DNA of 64,000 bases from a virus (IMGVR_UViG_3300031555_005217:71047-135046); one strand, 5' to 3'. Positions 41,470-52,213 are shown, counted from the stretch's first letter. Numbers and translations are program-made. Notes: a model not told the origin generated them from the sequence alone.

Positions 41470-42096
41470 ATCTTCATAAAAATCTTTTCTATTTTCTTTA
41501 TCGAATTTAAAGACTTCTCTGGTGTCTTCATAATTAATATTATTATCATCTAGAATGTCTATGAAGAATAAACTTCTAGGATCTCTTTTATGTCAAGGAT
41601 TCCCTATTATACTACTTCTACCTATATGTTGCACAAGCATAGGTCTATAAATTATGTAACTAATTTGTAACTCATCTAATGCTTGTGCTTCTAAATAATC
41701 ATAAGGTAATTTATTATAAGGTTCTCCTCTAGCAATTAATTCTTCCATTTTTTCAGCAACTACTTTTGCTACACCTTTAGGATAATAAGTACATTGATTA
41801 CTTTCAAAGCATTTACCTATATTTTCATAAGTTCTTTGTCACATTCTAAAGTATTGGAAGAAATTAATTATTTTATTTGGATACTTCTCTATTGCTTCAT
41901 TAATTCTCTTTTCAAAATCTCTACATAATAGTACATCATCTTCTAAAAGAACACTATCATAGTCAGAAATTATTTTTAATTGATCAATGAATGATTTAAC
42001 AGGTTTTCTTTCTTTATCAATAAGTAGAGTATAATCTATTACATTATAATTAGATATATCTCTTTCTCCTGTTGTTCTAATGAAATATTTAATCAT
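41470..42096 (-). CDS. possible glycosyltransferase (family-25-like)
   Basis: MIKYFIRTTGERDISN...LLEDDVLLCRDFEKR. Extended through two TGA codons. Confidence 0.3.
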
Positions 42097-42611
42097 TATT
42101 CTCCTGGAATTACTTCTATTATAGCTCCATCAACTTGTTTAGCTACAATATAAACAATTAAATCTTCAGATTCTATTGGATCAAATATAAGAGTAGGGTT
42201 GCTTCTTAAATATTCTTTAATTGATCCTTCAGTTTTACCTGTATCAAAAGTTAATTGAGTACCTTGATAATAACCTAAAGTCTTGAAAGTGATAACTCCT
42301 TTATCATTGCTAAAACCATGAATATTTAAAGTATAAGTATAATTGTTTCCATCTCCTGTTAAAGAATAGAATCCTAAAGGATAATTACTAAACTCAACCC
42401 TAAAATTATCATTTGTAAAACCTTCAGAGAAAGATAAAGCACAACTTTCACTAAAATCTTTATCCGTTAATCCTTCAATTGCTTCTTCTGTAAAAGTAAT
42501 TTTTAAAGTATCCGTATTAGGTAGGTATTCTTGAATATATCTACCTCCTGTACGTCCGCAAATTTTTCCTAATTCATTTTTAGCGTTTTCATCTAATTTA
42601 AATGTTATCAT
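42096..42611 (-). CDS. hypothetical tail/baseplate-module protein
   Basis: Intact ORF. Confidence 0.4.
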   Translation of the reverse strand: MITFKLDENAKNELGKICGRTGGRYIQEYLPNTDTLKITFTEEAIEGLTDKDFSESCALSFSEGFTNDNFRVEFSNYPLGFYSLTGDGNNYTYTLNIHGFSNDKGVITFKTLGYYQGTQLTFDTGKTEGSIKEYLRSNPTLIFDPIESEDLIVYIVAKQVDGAIIEVIPGE

Positions 42612-42643
42612 TTTTTATCTCCTTTTTTAGAATTTTTATATTA

Positions 42644-43837
42644 TTAATTAATAGGTAAGTATTCAACAGTAGTTTCACAAGTTGTTAAATTTGTAAATTC
42701 TACTTCTACTGCTATTTCACTAGTGGCTGTAACTGTTCCTAAACGAGTACCTACCACTACTAATGTAGGCGTTTCATTTATCATTAATACACATGTATTA
42801 CCAAATGTACTTCCGTCAGTATGTATTCTAGAAGTAATTAAATGTTGAGATGCTGCATAAGAACATCTGAATAATATTTCTGCAGCTTGTTTACTTGTTG
42901 GTATGTCGTCATCGGTTGTTGCATAAGGTAATTGAATAGAGAACGGTAGACGTATACTTTTTGTCCCACCATCATGTGATACATTAACATATAAATTTTT
43001 AACAGTAGTCATAGGAATATCAATTGTTACACCATACCCTTCAGAAACATTATCTGTTATAACATAATATTCTTCATTAAATTCTGCTATTAAATGATAG
43101 GAAAATCCAAAAGGACATTGAACTACATAATTTATAGCACTACCTGTTTTATATAAATGCTTGATTATACCTTTTCCCATGCAACCATCCACATTAGCGA
43201 TTGCTATACCACTAATAGTTGATTTAGTTTCATAGTCAGTTGAATCTTGACTTACAATATTAATTAATTGTTCATAAGTAGTAATAGGTGTTTCATCATT
43301 GCTGTAGTAATCTAGTATTGCAAATATGACATAACCACTACCATAAGGAAGATTGCCAGTATACCTACCTGTAATATATTCTAAATTCGGTACAATCTTA
43401 ATCTGATGTCAATATCTATTTTTTACAGCTACTTCTTTTCCATTTACTGTTAAATTACCATCGCCATTAGGACCTCCTGATATTGTTAACTGTCCATATA
43501 AAGTTGCTGATAATTTACCGTCAGATACTGTAGGGTATAACAAAGGTCCAGTAGCACCTTCTACCATTAACATTCCACCATTTGGTTTTAAAGTCATTGG
43601 AGCACTTACAATACTAGGCGACTCTATAGTAACAGGACCATACAGTTTAGTATTACCAGATATAATACTAATTTCCTTACCACTTAAACTAATACTTTCG
43701 CTACCACCAAGGAATATTGTATCACCATTTATACTATGAGTTTTACCATTTGCATTTAAATTGCCATCACCTTCTACAATTTTCCTAACTCTTCTTGAAC
43801 TTTTGAATCTAATTTTATATTAATCATAGTTTAATTC
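42644..43837 (-). CDS. hypothetical structural protein; N-terminal 17 codons are in a different frame (A4 run at the junction)
   Basis: Strong SD agaggagg plus ATG at 43837 gives MINIKLDSKVQEELGKL then TAG. The -1 frame continues KIVEGDGNLNANGK... through a TGA into ORF 42644..43192. Confidence 0.35.
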
Positions 43838-43905
43838 CTCCTCTTTATATATTTATATATCTAATTTAGCAAAAAAAAAAAACAAAACTTATATAAGTTT
43901 TGTTT

Positions 43906-44349
43906 TTAAAATCCAACTAAAAAGATATCATTTTTACAATCTTTAGTTTTATCATAAATTAAAGATATTACATCACTTACTTTTAGATTTCCACATCCAC
44001 AACCTATAGGTGGAATAGCTACTTTTTTATTTTGAAAAGTATTTAAAAATCTAACTAACCCATTTAACCCAGACTCTATATATTCGATTTTAGAATCAAA
44101 TTTCCAGTCTGTTTTTGTTGGAAATAAAATAAATTCTTTTTTATTATATTCTAAATATAAGATATGTCCTATTTCTACTTCTTTATTAGTACAAGCAATT
44201 AAATATTCATTAAATAAGTTAGGATATTTTTGTTTAAATTGTAAGGCTAATCCTGCTCCCATAACTCCTACACAATTAACCGGAATTATAGGAATTATTT
44301 TACTATCTTTTAAATTTAAAATATCTTTTTCAGTATTATAATAAAGCAT
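43906..44349 (-). CDS. Macro domain protein (ADP-ribose binding / hydrolase family)
   Basis: IPVNCVGVMGAGLALQF and PPIGCGCGNL. Confidence 0.6.
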   Translation of the reverse strand: MLYYNTEKDILNLKDSKIIPIIPVNCVGVMGAGLALQFKQKYPNLFNEYLIACTNKEVEIGHILYLEYNKKEFILFPTKTDWKFDSKIEYIESGLNGLVRFLNTFQNKKVAIPPIGCGCGNLKVSDVISLIYDKTKDCKNDIFLVGF

Positions 44350-44351
44350 AA

Positions 44352-44840
44352 TTAGATATTATATTTTGAATCAAATAATTCTTTTACATCTGAATAAGAT
44401 ACATTTTCAGCTTCTGAATATTTTTTTAATCTAGAATATAAAATATTTAAATTTGAATTTCTAATAATTTCTTCATCATATTCATAATCATATAAAACTG
44501 AATCTAATACATATTCAAGTTTTTCGTTATATTCTTTAATGTTCTCTTCTTTGAAAAAAGATTTTGCATCTTCCTCACAAACTTTTTTATAATAATTAAC
44601 TACAGAATCTTCATCTAAAATTGATTCAATACATTCAAGAGAGACCATTAAATTATAAATGTCCTTATCTCTTCCATCTAATTCTACATCATTATCTTTG
44701 AAATAATGTCTTATTCCATCTATTAAAGTATCAAAAGGAACTTCATAATTTAAATCTTCAGTATCTCCATTACTATTTTGAAATGTGTAAAGTATATAAA
44801 AGTTAGTTGACATTCCTTTTCTATCTTCATTTCTAGTCAT
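44352..44840 (-). CDS. acidic hypothetical protein
   Basis: Intact ORF. Confidence 0.4.
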   Translation of the reverse strand: MTRNEDRKGMSTNFYILYTFQNSNGDTEDLNYEVPFDTLIDGIRHYFKDNDVELDGRDKDIYNLMVSLECIESILDEDSVVNYYKKVCEEDAKSFFKEENIKEYNEKLEYVLDSVLYDYEYDEEIIRNSNLNILYSRLKKYSEAENVSYSDVKELFDSKYNI

Positions 44841-45081
44841 AATTCACCTCTAAATTTTCATCATCTAAATCTTTTTCAGTTAAACCTATATCTTCAGTTG
44901 ATATTATTACTTGATCACATAAACTAATATTTTCTGTATGATTGTAACATTTTGTAATAAATTTAACTTTTTTATTTTTAATTTCTTCAGATAATTTTTC
45001 AGCTTCATTTTCATCTTTTGCTGTAACGTTAAAAGCAGTATTATCTTCAAAAACTATATTGTAGCTATTTTCTTTTTTCAT
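44833..45081 (-). CDS. hypothetical small protein
   Basis: Intact ORF. Confidence 0.4.
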   Translation of the reverse strand: MKKENSYNIVFEDNTAFNVTAKDENEAEKLSEEIKNKKVKFITKCYNHTENISLCDQVIISTEDIGLTEKDLDDENLEVNYD

Positions 45082-45100
45082 ATAAATTCTCCTTATAAAT

Positions 45101-45110
45101 AATATACAAT
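45101..45110 (-). promoter_or_regulatory. class-1 promoter-like motif
   Basis: aatatacaat upstream of 44833..45081. Confidence 0.35.
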
Positions 45111-46408
45111 TATTCAGCTGCTTTGAAATTATATATAGGTTTAATTATCTTTGTAATTTCAACAGTATCACCAATAGCATTAATTATTTCTTCCATAGGT
45201 TTATAAGCCATAGGTGCTTCATCTAATGTACTTTCATTTGCAGTAGTGGTAAAGATATTAGACATTTCATTTTGGAAATCTTCTACTTTTAATACCTCTT
45301 TAGCTTTCATTCTTGACATAATACGACCAGCACCATGAGGAGCTGAATAGTTCCAATCTTCATTTCCTTTTCCTATTCCAATAATACAACCATCTCTCAT
45401 GTTCATAGGAATAATTACATTCTTACCTTTATGAGCTGATATAGCACCTTTTCTAACCATATCTTCATCATCAATGTAGTTATGAACAGATTCAAAATAG
45501 GTAAGGTTAGCAACACCATCAGTAGTAGGAATTGAATCTCTTACATCTAGGTTATAATATTTAATTTGTTTACCTTTGTAATATATAAACCTATCAAGAA
45601 TCTTTCTTGCTATAGAATATCTATTTTCCTGTGCAAATTGTTGACAGATTCTCATATCATGTAGATAATCCTCTCTATCCTCACCTTCCAAGTAACATAA
45701 GTCTTTAGGTAATTTTGTTAACCCATTATATTTATCATATAAGGCTTTTAAGGCATTTTCAATTTCTTTCTCTCTACCTTGTTCTTTATATTCTTTTAAA
45801 ATAGCTAATCTTTCACTATTTAATTCTTCTTTATAAGAACAATGTTCAATAGCTATTTGTTGGTAAATATCTGCAACTTGTTTACCTAAGTTACGTGAAC
45901 CAGTATGAATAACTAAATATAAATTATCCTCATCATCTTTATCAATTTCAATAAAGTGATTTCCACCACCTAATGTACCCAGACTAGATCTTAAGTGTTC
46001 TTTATTCTTTAAATATCTATAACAATATAATTTTTGTAAATATGTTCTTTCTACATATTCTTCAGATAAAGATATATCATTAGGGAATATTCTCTTATCA
46101 CTATAATCATTAACTTCAAAACCATTAGGAATGTTGTTTTTAATGAAATTATCTAACTCAAATAAATTAAGATCAATCTTACCTAAATTAACACATAACA
46201 TTCCACAGCCTATATCAACACCTACAATATTAGGGATTACTTTTTTACCTAGATTACCTGTAAAGCCAATTACACAACCCATACCGGCATGAACATCAGG
46301 CATTATTCTAACCTTACAATCTTTAAAGGCTTCTTGTTGTAAAAGAGTGTTAATTTCTTCCATTGCTTTTTCTTCTATGTTATTAGTAAATATTTTTAAA
46401 TCAGACAT
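45110..46408 (-). CDS. rtcB: RtcB RNA-splicing ligase (3'-phosphate/5'-OH ligase)
   Basis: MPDVHAGMGCVIGF, GGNHFIEI, HGAGR. Confidence 0.85.
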   Translation of the reverse strand: MSDLKIFTNNIEEKAMEEINTLLQQEAFKDCKVRIMPDVHAGMGCVIGFTGNLGKKVIPNIVGVDIGCGMLCVNLGKIDLNLFELDNFIKNNIPNGFEVNDYSDKRIFPNDISLSEEYVERTYLQKLYCYRYLKNKEHLRSSLGTLGGGNHFIEIDKDDEDNLYLVIHTGSRNLGKQVADIYQQIAIEHCSYKEELNSERLAILKEYKEQGREKEIENALKALYDKYNGLTKLPKDLCYLEGEDREDYLHDMRICQQFAQENRYSIARKILDRFIYYKGKQIKYYNLDVRDSIPTTDGVANLTYFESVHNYIDDEDMVRKGAISAHKGKNVIIPMNMRDGCIIGIGKGNEDWNYSAPHGAGRIMSRMKAKEVLKVEDFQNEMSNIFTTTANESTLDEAPMAYKPMEEIINAIGDTVEITKIIKPIYNFKAAE

Positions 46409-46426
46409 ATTTATAAACTCACCTCT

Positions 46427-46633
46427 TTAATATACTAATTCACCTTTTCTAAATCTCCAAGTTTCCAGTGTATTAAAATGTGAATTAATTCTTCTAATTT
46501 GACAAGTTCCATAACCACAATACCAATCGGCGTAATCCATTATCTTTGATTTTGCTTCTTCATAAGATGTAGCAATATATACATCTCTACTATGCCATTC
46601 ATCAATTGTAACTGATATTATATAAAATTCCAT
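46427..46633 (-). CDS. hypothetical small protein
   Basis: Trimmed to MEFYIISV, which has SD taggaggt. Promoter motif at 46661-46670. Confidence 0.4.
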   Translation of the reverse strand: MEFYIISVTIDEWHSRDVYIATSYEEAKSKIMDYADWYCGYGTCQIRRINSHFNTLETWRFRKGELVY

Positions 46634-46688
46634 AAAGTAAATACCTCCTATGTTTATAATTTTATACAATTAAAGATACTAAAGAATC

Positions 46689-47024
46689 TTACTCCCATAA
46701 TACTTTTTCATTTAAAACTGTTAACAATATTATTGTTGATAAAGTATTAAATAAAGTAAGTCCAATTAACCAATATACTTGTGATAATTCAATAAAATAT
46801 AATCGTTCATAATAGAGTCCATTAGGTCCTATTGCCGAATAATAAACAGAACCATTTTCATTTACACTTGATAATATTGAACCTGGTAATATTATACCTT
46901 GACCATATATTTGACCTACTTTAGTTTGATAACAAACTGCTAATATAACACTTAATGTAATAATAGCTGTTAAAGCAATTACCATACAATTTACTAATCT
47001 TTTACTCATAAATATTTCCTCCAT
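46689..47024 (-). CDS. membrane protein
   Basis: Two predicted TM helices. Confidence 0.4.
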   Translation of the reverse strand: MEEIFMSKRLVNCMVIALTAIITLSVILAVCYQTKVGQIYGQGIILPGSILSSVNENGSVYYSAIGPNGLYYERLYFIELSQVYWLIGLTLFNTLSTIILLTVLNEKVLWE

Positions 47025-47045
47025 ATAAAAATATTAAAATTTATT

Positions 47046-47573
47046 TTACCTTTCAAAAATTAACTTAGCTTCATTAATTTCCTTTTCAGTTAATCCTTCT
47101 CCATAGAAGTCGGTAAGTACCGTGTTATATGGAAAATACTTAGAAAATGAATCATCCTCATCATCAAATATAACAAATTTATCTGTTGGAAAAGTAAAAT
47201 GTTTATTTATGTAATCTAATATCTCTTCTGCCCTGTTTTCATGTTGTCCATATATTGGAGTTTTTCCAACTAAAGGGATATTATACGTCTTGAATAAATC
47301 ACACATATACTTACCTCTACTTATTTCAATAGATCCATCATAATATTTAACATAATCCTGTTTTGGGGTTAGATCATCTTTTAATGTACTTCTCCAAGAT
47401 GAGGATAAAACAACTAAACAATTATATTCATTACAGAAATCAGATAATAACTTTAATCTACTTTCATCTATACTTGCTATTTTTTCTTTATGTTTTATAA
47501 TATATTCTTTACAATTTAATACACCATCTATATCAACTATATCAAGAAAAATATAATTCATAGTTATCACCAT
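47046..47573 (-). CDS. HAD-superfamily phosphatase (polynucleotide 3'-phosphatase-like)
   Basis: Motif I FLDIVDIDGVLN (DxDG). Confidence 0.4.
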   Translation of the reverse strand: MVITMNYIFLDIVDIDGVLNCKEYIIKHKEKIASIDESRLKLLSDFCNEYNCLVVLSSSWRSTLKDDLTPKQDYVKYYDGSIEISRGKYMCDLFKTYNIPLVGKTPIYGQHENRAEEILDYINKHFTFPTDKFVIFDDEDDSFSKYFPYNTVLTDFYGEGLTEKEINEAKLIFER

Positions 47574-47640
47574 ACCTTATTATTAATATATACAAGGAAA
47601 AAGAATAGCAAAAGCTATTCCAAAATAAAAATAATAAAAT

Positions 47641-48006
47641 TTAATTCCAAGTATTAATTTCAAATAAAAGACAATTTTTAATTTCTTTATCTCTAAGTTC
47701 TGTTATGTAAGATTTGGTGTATTTATTAAATTTAGAACAAACTATCCAATACTTATCTTTTAGTTTTTCACATCTTAATCTACCCTTCTTACTAGGTGCA
47801 GGATCAACATAAAAACCAACTTTAGTTACCTCACAATATTCAGATGGCATTCCTAATTGTCTTAATTCACCTTTAGATAAATTATAATAATAGTTTAATT
47901 TTTCAATAAGAAAATCTTTTACTGCCTGAAAACTAAAATGACAATCCAAATAAAATGAAGTTTCATATTTTTCATTTTTATTTAATCTAACATTAATTTT
48001 TAACAT
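47641..48006 (-). CDS. hypothetical protein
   Basis: Intact ORF. Confidence 0.4.
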   Translation of the reverse strand: MLKINVRLNKNEKYETSFYLDCHFSFQAVKDFLIEKLNYYYNLSKGELRQLGMPSEYCEVTKVGFYVDPAPSKKGRLRCEKLKDKYWIVCSKFNKYTKSYITELRDKEIKNCLLFEINTWN

Positions 48007-48017
48007 AAGGACATCTC

Positions 48018-48374
48018 CTAACTATAATGAATAAAACTAACAAAAGATATATCATTTTTATCTAAAGTCTTATTAAATAACTTAAAATAAACATCATTCA
48101 TTTCACTATAAATATTGTCAGGTAATGAAACATCCATAACATCATAATGTGAATTTCCATCAGCATATCCAATATCTATATAAGAAGTTATATACATCAT
48201 TCTGATATAATTTCCACACATACCATCAACAACAAATCTTATAGTATTTTTATAAAATTCCTTATATAAATCATATTCAGGAAATGTATCACAAAATTCT
48301 TCTACCAGATCATATCTAATATCATAATCCAATTCTACCGAGAAACCAATAAATATTTCTGCACTAACACTCAT
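48018..48374 (-). CDS. hypothetical protein
   Basis: Intact ORF. Confidence 0.4.
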   Translation of the reverse strand: MSVSAEIFIGFSVELDYDIRYDLVEEFCDTFPEYDLYKEFYKNTIRFVVDGMCGNYIRMMYITSYIDIGYADGNSHYDVMDVSLPDNIYSEMNDVYFKLFNKTLDKNDISFVSFIHYS

Positions 48375-48385
48375 AAGAATACTTC

Positions 48386-48601
48386 CTACAAATAAATAAA
48401 CATTACATGTGCTGAACTATTATTTAACATAATAAATTGAACATTATATTTTGACACTTTAACATTAGGATTTATAATACCTTCAGTTAATGCCTCTGTT
48501 TTACTAGGAGTTAATTCACAAATAAGATTTTTATTACTATCAAATATTCTAAAATAATTAATTCCAAATTCACAACAATCAATTAGATCACTTAAACACA
48601 T
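48386..48601 (-). CDS. hypothetical small protein
   Basis: Intact ORF. Confidence 0.35.
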   Translation of the reverse strand: MCLSDLIDCCEFGINYFRIFDSNKNLICELTPSKTEALTEGIINPNVKVSKYNVQFIMLNNSSAHVMFIYL

Positions 48602-48604
48602 AAA

Positions 48605-48991
48605 CTAATCCTCCAAATATTTTTTAAATAATTCAGCATAAAATACAATTAAGTTATCCAATTCTTCATTGAATGCCTTAAGAGAATATTTATCTTTTAA
48701 TTTGTTTTGATATATTTTTAATATATTTAATCCTATTCTACACTTAACAAGAATTATATCATATAAACCACTTTCAAAATGAATTATAGATTTATACTCC
48801 TTGAACTTGTCTGAAATTTTATGTAATCTGTTAAATATATAACGTGAGTATTTCATTATCTCATGGTATTTCATACCAGGATCATTTTCATATTCATTTG
48901 CTAACTCAAACTTATATAAATCATTAAAAGCACCTTCGTGTATCGATCTAGCTATATCTTTTAAATCGCATAATAATAATTCTACTTTCAT
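48605..48991 (-). CDS. hypothetical protein
   Basis: Intact ORF. Confidence 0.4.
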   Translation of the reverse strand: MKVELLLCDLKDIARSIHEGAFNDLYKFELANEYENDPGMKYHEIMKYSRYIFNRLHKISDKFKEYKSIIHFESGLYDIILVKCRIGLNILKIYQNKLKDKYSLKAFNEELDNLIVFYAELFKKYLED

Positions 48992-48992
48992 A

Positions 48993-49415
48993 TTATAACC
49001 ACCTTATGTTAAACATTTCATCTAACTTATCTAATGCATATTCTTGTTCTTTAGTTAAATCAACATCACTAAATAAAAACTCTCTATTATGTAACATTGC
49101 TATACCCAATCTTCTTGAAATGAAATCTCCAGATAAAACAATCATATTAGAATAATATTCTTTTGTTTCTTCATCAATATCCTCATCTGCCCAAGATTCC
49201 ATTTGTTTAGCTAAAACATCTTTAAACTTTTCAACTATTTCAGGATAATACTTTTTAGAATATTCAACAACTGTAGAGGCATGACTTCCATTATTTACTA
49301 AAATTGTTCTTCCATCTGGAAATATTACGAATGAAACATCATATCCACGTATATCTTTATATTGATCTAAATCAGTTTTTAATATTTCATCATACATTTC
49401 TCTAATACACTCCAA
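48993..49415 (-). CDS. hypothetical protein
   Basis: Intact ORF. Confidence 0.4.
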   Translation of the reverse strand: MECIREMYDEILKTDLDQYKDIRGYDVSFVIFPDGRTILVNNGSHASTVVEYSKKYYPEIVEKFKDVLAKQMESWADEDIDEETKEYYSNMIVLSGDFISRRLGIAMLHNREFLFSDVDLTKEQEYALDKLDEMFNIRWL

Positions 49416-49678
49416 TCTTCATCTAATAACTTGGTTGTATACATCAATTTAATTAACTCTTCGCCATAATATTTACTAAGTATTGGGGTATGAATTTCCT
49501 TTGAATATAATTTACCATTAATTAAAGAGATTTGAATAACATAATCTTTGAATACTTCTTTACTATAGGTATGTATATAAAGAGTATCAAAAGCACCTGT
49601 ATGGGTATTATAATATTTTAAATCTCTTAATTTTGTATCTGCATCCTTAAGTCTAGATATTAGTTCATTATTTTCCAT
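49379..49678 (-). CDS. hypothetical protein
   Basis: Intact ORF. Confidence 0.35.
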   Translation of the reverse strand: MENNELISRLKDADTKLRDLKYYNTHTGAFDTLYIHTYSKEVFKDYVIQISLINGKLYSKEIHTPILSKYYGEELIKLMYTTKLLDEDWSVLEKCMMKY

Positions 49679-49692
49679 TATTAATTACCTCA

Positions 49693-50016
49693 CTATTCAT
49701 AAGTATATTTTATTTTAACACCTTCAATATTTTCAGCAATTGTCTTTTCATCTAAAGAACTTAATATTGTAGATAATAAATCTAATAAACAATCTTTATA
49801 TTCTTTATTTAACTTAATGGTACTTGATTCTATTCTATCTTTACTATCAAAATATAATCCACATACTTTATCTACCATATCAATAAGTAATTGTCTAAAG
49901 ATTTGCATATTTTTAAGAGACTTAGGATCATAAGATTCATTACCATAAAATGCTACATCTCCAAGTAATTTAAAAAATACATCATATATCACAGCTTTAT
50001 TTATACTACTATTCAT
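49693..50016 (-). CDS. hypothetical protein
   Basis: Intact ORF. Confidence 0.4.
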   Translation of the reverse strand: MNSSINKAVIYDVFFKLLGDVAFYGNESYDPKSLKNMQIFRQLLIDMVDKVCGLYFDSKDRIESSTIKLNKEYKDCLLDLLSTILSSLDEKTIAENIEGVKIKYTYE

Positions 50017-50028
50017 ATTAATTACCCC

Positions 50029-50220
50029 CTATAATAAGAAAAATATTAATAACTCTAAAACAAGAATAGCAATGGCTACTCCTCCAATACATAAGTAAGG
50101 TTTAACAGATGTTTGATCATAATCTTCAAATTTAATACTGAATAAAGATAAACCAATTAATCCGCCGATACCAACTAAAAGAATTAGCGCAGCTTGTAAT
50201 GCCGATAATTCCATAAACAT
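50029..50220 (-). CDS. small membrane protein
   Basis: Hydrophobic. Promoter motif at 50238-50247. Confidence 0.4.
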   Translation of the reverse strand: MFMELSALQAALILLVGIGGLIGLSLFSIKFEDYDQTSVKPYLCIGGVAIAILVLELLIFFLL

Positions 50221-50263
50221 CTACCTCCGTTTTATATATAATACAATATTGTAAAATAAAAAC

Positions 50264-50509
50264 CTATTGTTTTTCAATAGGTTTTTTATCTTTAAATAAC
50301 AATATAATATTTATAATATTTATTATAATTATGATTGCATTACAGATAGCAGTACTCCAAGCAGTAATAAGGATACCATAAATAACAAATAAAACATTTC
50401 CACATATAGTTAACAATCTCATTAACATATTAGTTTTAAATGAAGTTGATTTAAAAGACATTGAGATTATTAAAAATATACTAGCAATAATACCAATTAA
50501 TTCGAACAT
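50264..50509 (-). CDS. small membrane protein
   Basis: Hydrophobic. Confidence 0.35.
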   Translation of the reverse strand: MFELIGIIASIFLIISMSFKSTSFKTNMLMRLLTICGNVLFVIYGILITAWSTAICNAIIIIINIINIILLFKDKKPIEKQ

Positions 50510-51177
50510 ATAGAATTATCACTTTCAATATTATTAATATCAGATATAAAATTATTAGATTCTAGAAGATTAAGTAAATGTGAAGGTAAGTTACTATAAA
50601 CTTCTGGTATAGATATAATTTGGTTAATAATATATGCATAATTACTTGCTTGATCTAAAAATCTGTTCTTATCATTTTTAAGATCTCTAATTTCATTTAA
50701 TAAAGATCTATTATCCTGAAGATGTTTATCTTGCTCTATCTGCATAATCTTTAATTTACTTTCAAGCTCACTAATTTTGTTATCTTTCTCTGCTAAATCG
50801 GACTCAAATACCCCTTTTATGTCCTCTTTGTAAGATGTTGCACCGCAATCTAGTTTATTTCTTACTTTGGATCCTTGCACTCTCTTTTCTAACTTTTTTA
50901 TAGGTGAAACAACATCGAGATCCAAACCAAGACTAGATAATTTAAGATATCTTTCTAGAAGGTTTTTATCTATCATATACCTACAAAAATGCTTTACTTC
51001 AACATCATCTGCATCTAAACGTAAGCTTTCATAAGCACCTCTATCTTTAGGATCTCTGGTATAAAGATCAAGGGTAAGATTATATTTAAACTTTTTATTT
51101 AATTTATCAAAAGATTCTATTACATCTAAATCTTTCTTTATTTTAGTTATTTCTCTTATTTTATCATCTAAATTCAT
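50497..51177 (-). CDS. hypothetical coiled-coil protein
   Basis: Intact ORF. Confidence 0.4.
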   Translation of the reverse strand: MNLDDKIREITKIKKDLDVIESFDKLNKKFKYNLTLDLYTRDPKDRGAYESLRLDADDVEVKHFCRYMIDKNLLERYLKLSSLGLDLDVVSPIKKLEKRVQGSKVRNKLDCGATSYKEDIKGVFESDLAEKDNKISELESKLKIMQIEQDKHLQDNRSLLNEIRDLKNDKNRFLDQASNYAYIINQIISIPEVYSNLPSHLLNLLESNNFISDINNIESDNSICSN

Positions 51178-51188
51178 ATAACATACCT

Positions 51189-51464
51189 CTAAAAATTATT
51201 AATAATTGATTCTAATTGAAGGGTTAGTTCATTAATTAAAATTCTATATCTTTTAATTTTTGCTTTTGAATGATATTTTAACTTCTTATCATAGAATGTT
51301 CTCCATTTAATATGATAATTTTCTCTATCATTATCCCAATCTGTTTGCTCAACTACTTTATTATATTCTTCCATATAAATAATATTATCATGAATACAAT
51401 TTGTTAGTTGTTTAGTATGGTACTTTATTAATGTCTCTAATTCTTTTAATTCAGTTGTTTTCAT
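51189..51464 (-). CDS. hypothetical protein
   Basis: Intact ORF. Confidence 0.4.
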   Translation of the reverse strand: MKTTELKELETLIKYHTKQLTNCIHDNIIYMEEYNKVVEQTDWDNDRENYHIKWRTFYDKKLKYHSKAKIKRYRILINELTLQLESIINNF

Positions 51465-51473
51465 AATTACCTC

Positions 51474-51932
51474 TTAATAATTAGTTTTATTAGATATATT
51501 CTTATACTCATCATATAAATGTAAACATTCTAATCTATCTAATTCCTTTATAAATTCAGCTTTTTCTTCTTCAGTCATCTTATAAAATTTATTATCTCTA
51601 AATCCAATATCTTCAGTATCATAAATATTACATCCATAATAAACTTTATCAATATTTGACCATAAGATTGCTCCTAAACACATAGGGCAAGGTTCACCAG
51701 TAGTATATAATTCACAACCACTTAAATCAAATGTTTTTAATTTTTTAGATGCCTTCCTAATTGCCATCATTTCACCGTGACAAGTAGCATCTTTGTTTTT
51801 AATTACTTGATTATGTCCTTTAGCAACAATTTTTCCATTTTTTACAATAACTGTTCCAAATGGTCCCCCATGACCTTTATAAATACCTTTTCGAGCTTCT
51901 TTAATTGCTTCTAACATAAATTTATTTACCAT
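51474..51932 (-). CDS. CDA-fold nucleotide / tRNA-adenosine deaminase (TadA / guanine-deaminase-like)
   Basis: Zinc motifs HGEMMAIRKA and TGEPCPMCLGAILWSNIDKVYYG. Confidence 0.6.
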   Translation of the reverse strand: MVNKFMLEAIKEARKGIYKGHGGPFGTVIVKNGKIVAKGHNQVIKNKDATCHGEMMAIRKASKKLKTFDLSGCELYTTGEPCPMCLGAILWSNIDKVYYGCNIYDTEDIGFRDNKFYKMTEEEKAEFIKELDRLECLHLYDEYKNISNKTNY

Positions 51933-52213
51933 TATTGAATATTCTCCTCTTTATCTTCTACTTCATTTGCCTTATAAAACAATCCTGCATGAAAACCATT
52001 AATAAATTCCTCATTATCTTTTATAGGTTCATCAGGTAATATTAACATACTAACAAAAATAATTATTGTGGCAATAGCAATTGCAACTGATCCACATAAC
52101 ATTTCCATAAATGTTTCATTATAAAAATATATCCAAGTTAATCCGAAAGCTAATAAAAGTAAGGCGATGGATAACATTACAATAGATAAAATTTTAATTT
52201 TCTTTTCCATCAC
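51932..52213 (-). CDS. membrane protein
   Basis: Hydrophobic. Confidence 0.35.
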   Translation of the reverse strand: MMEKKIKILSIVMLSIALLLLAFGLTWIYFYNETFMEMLCGSVAIAIATIIIFVSMLILPDEPIKDNEEFINGFHAGLFYKANEVEDKEENIQ

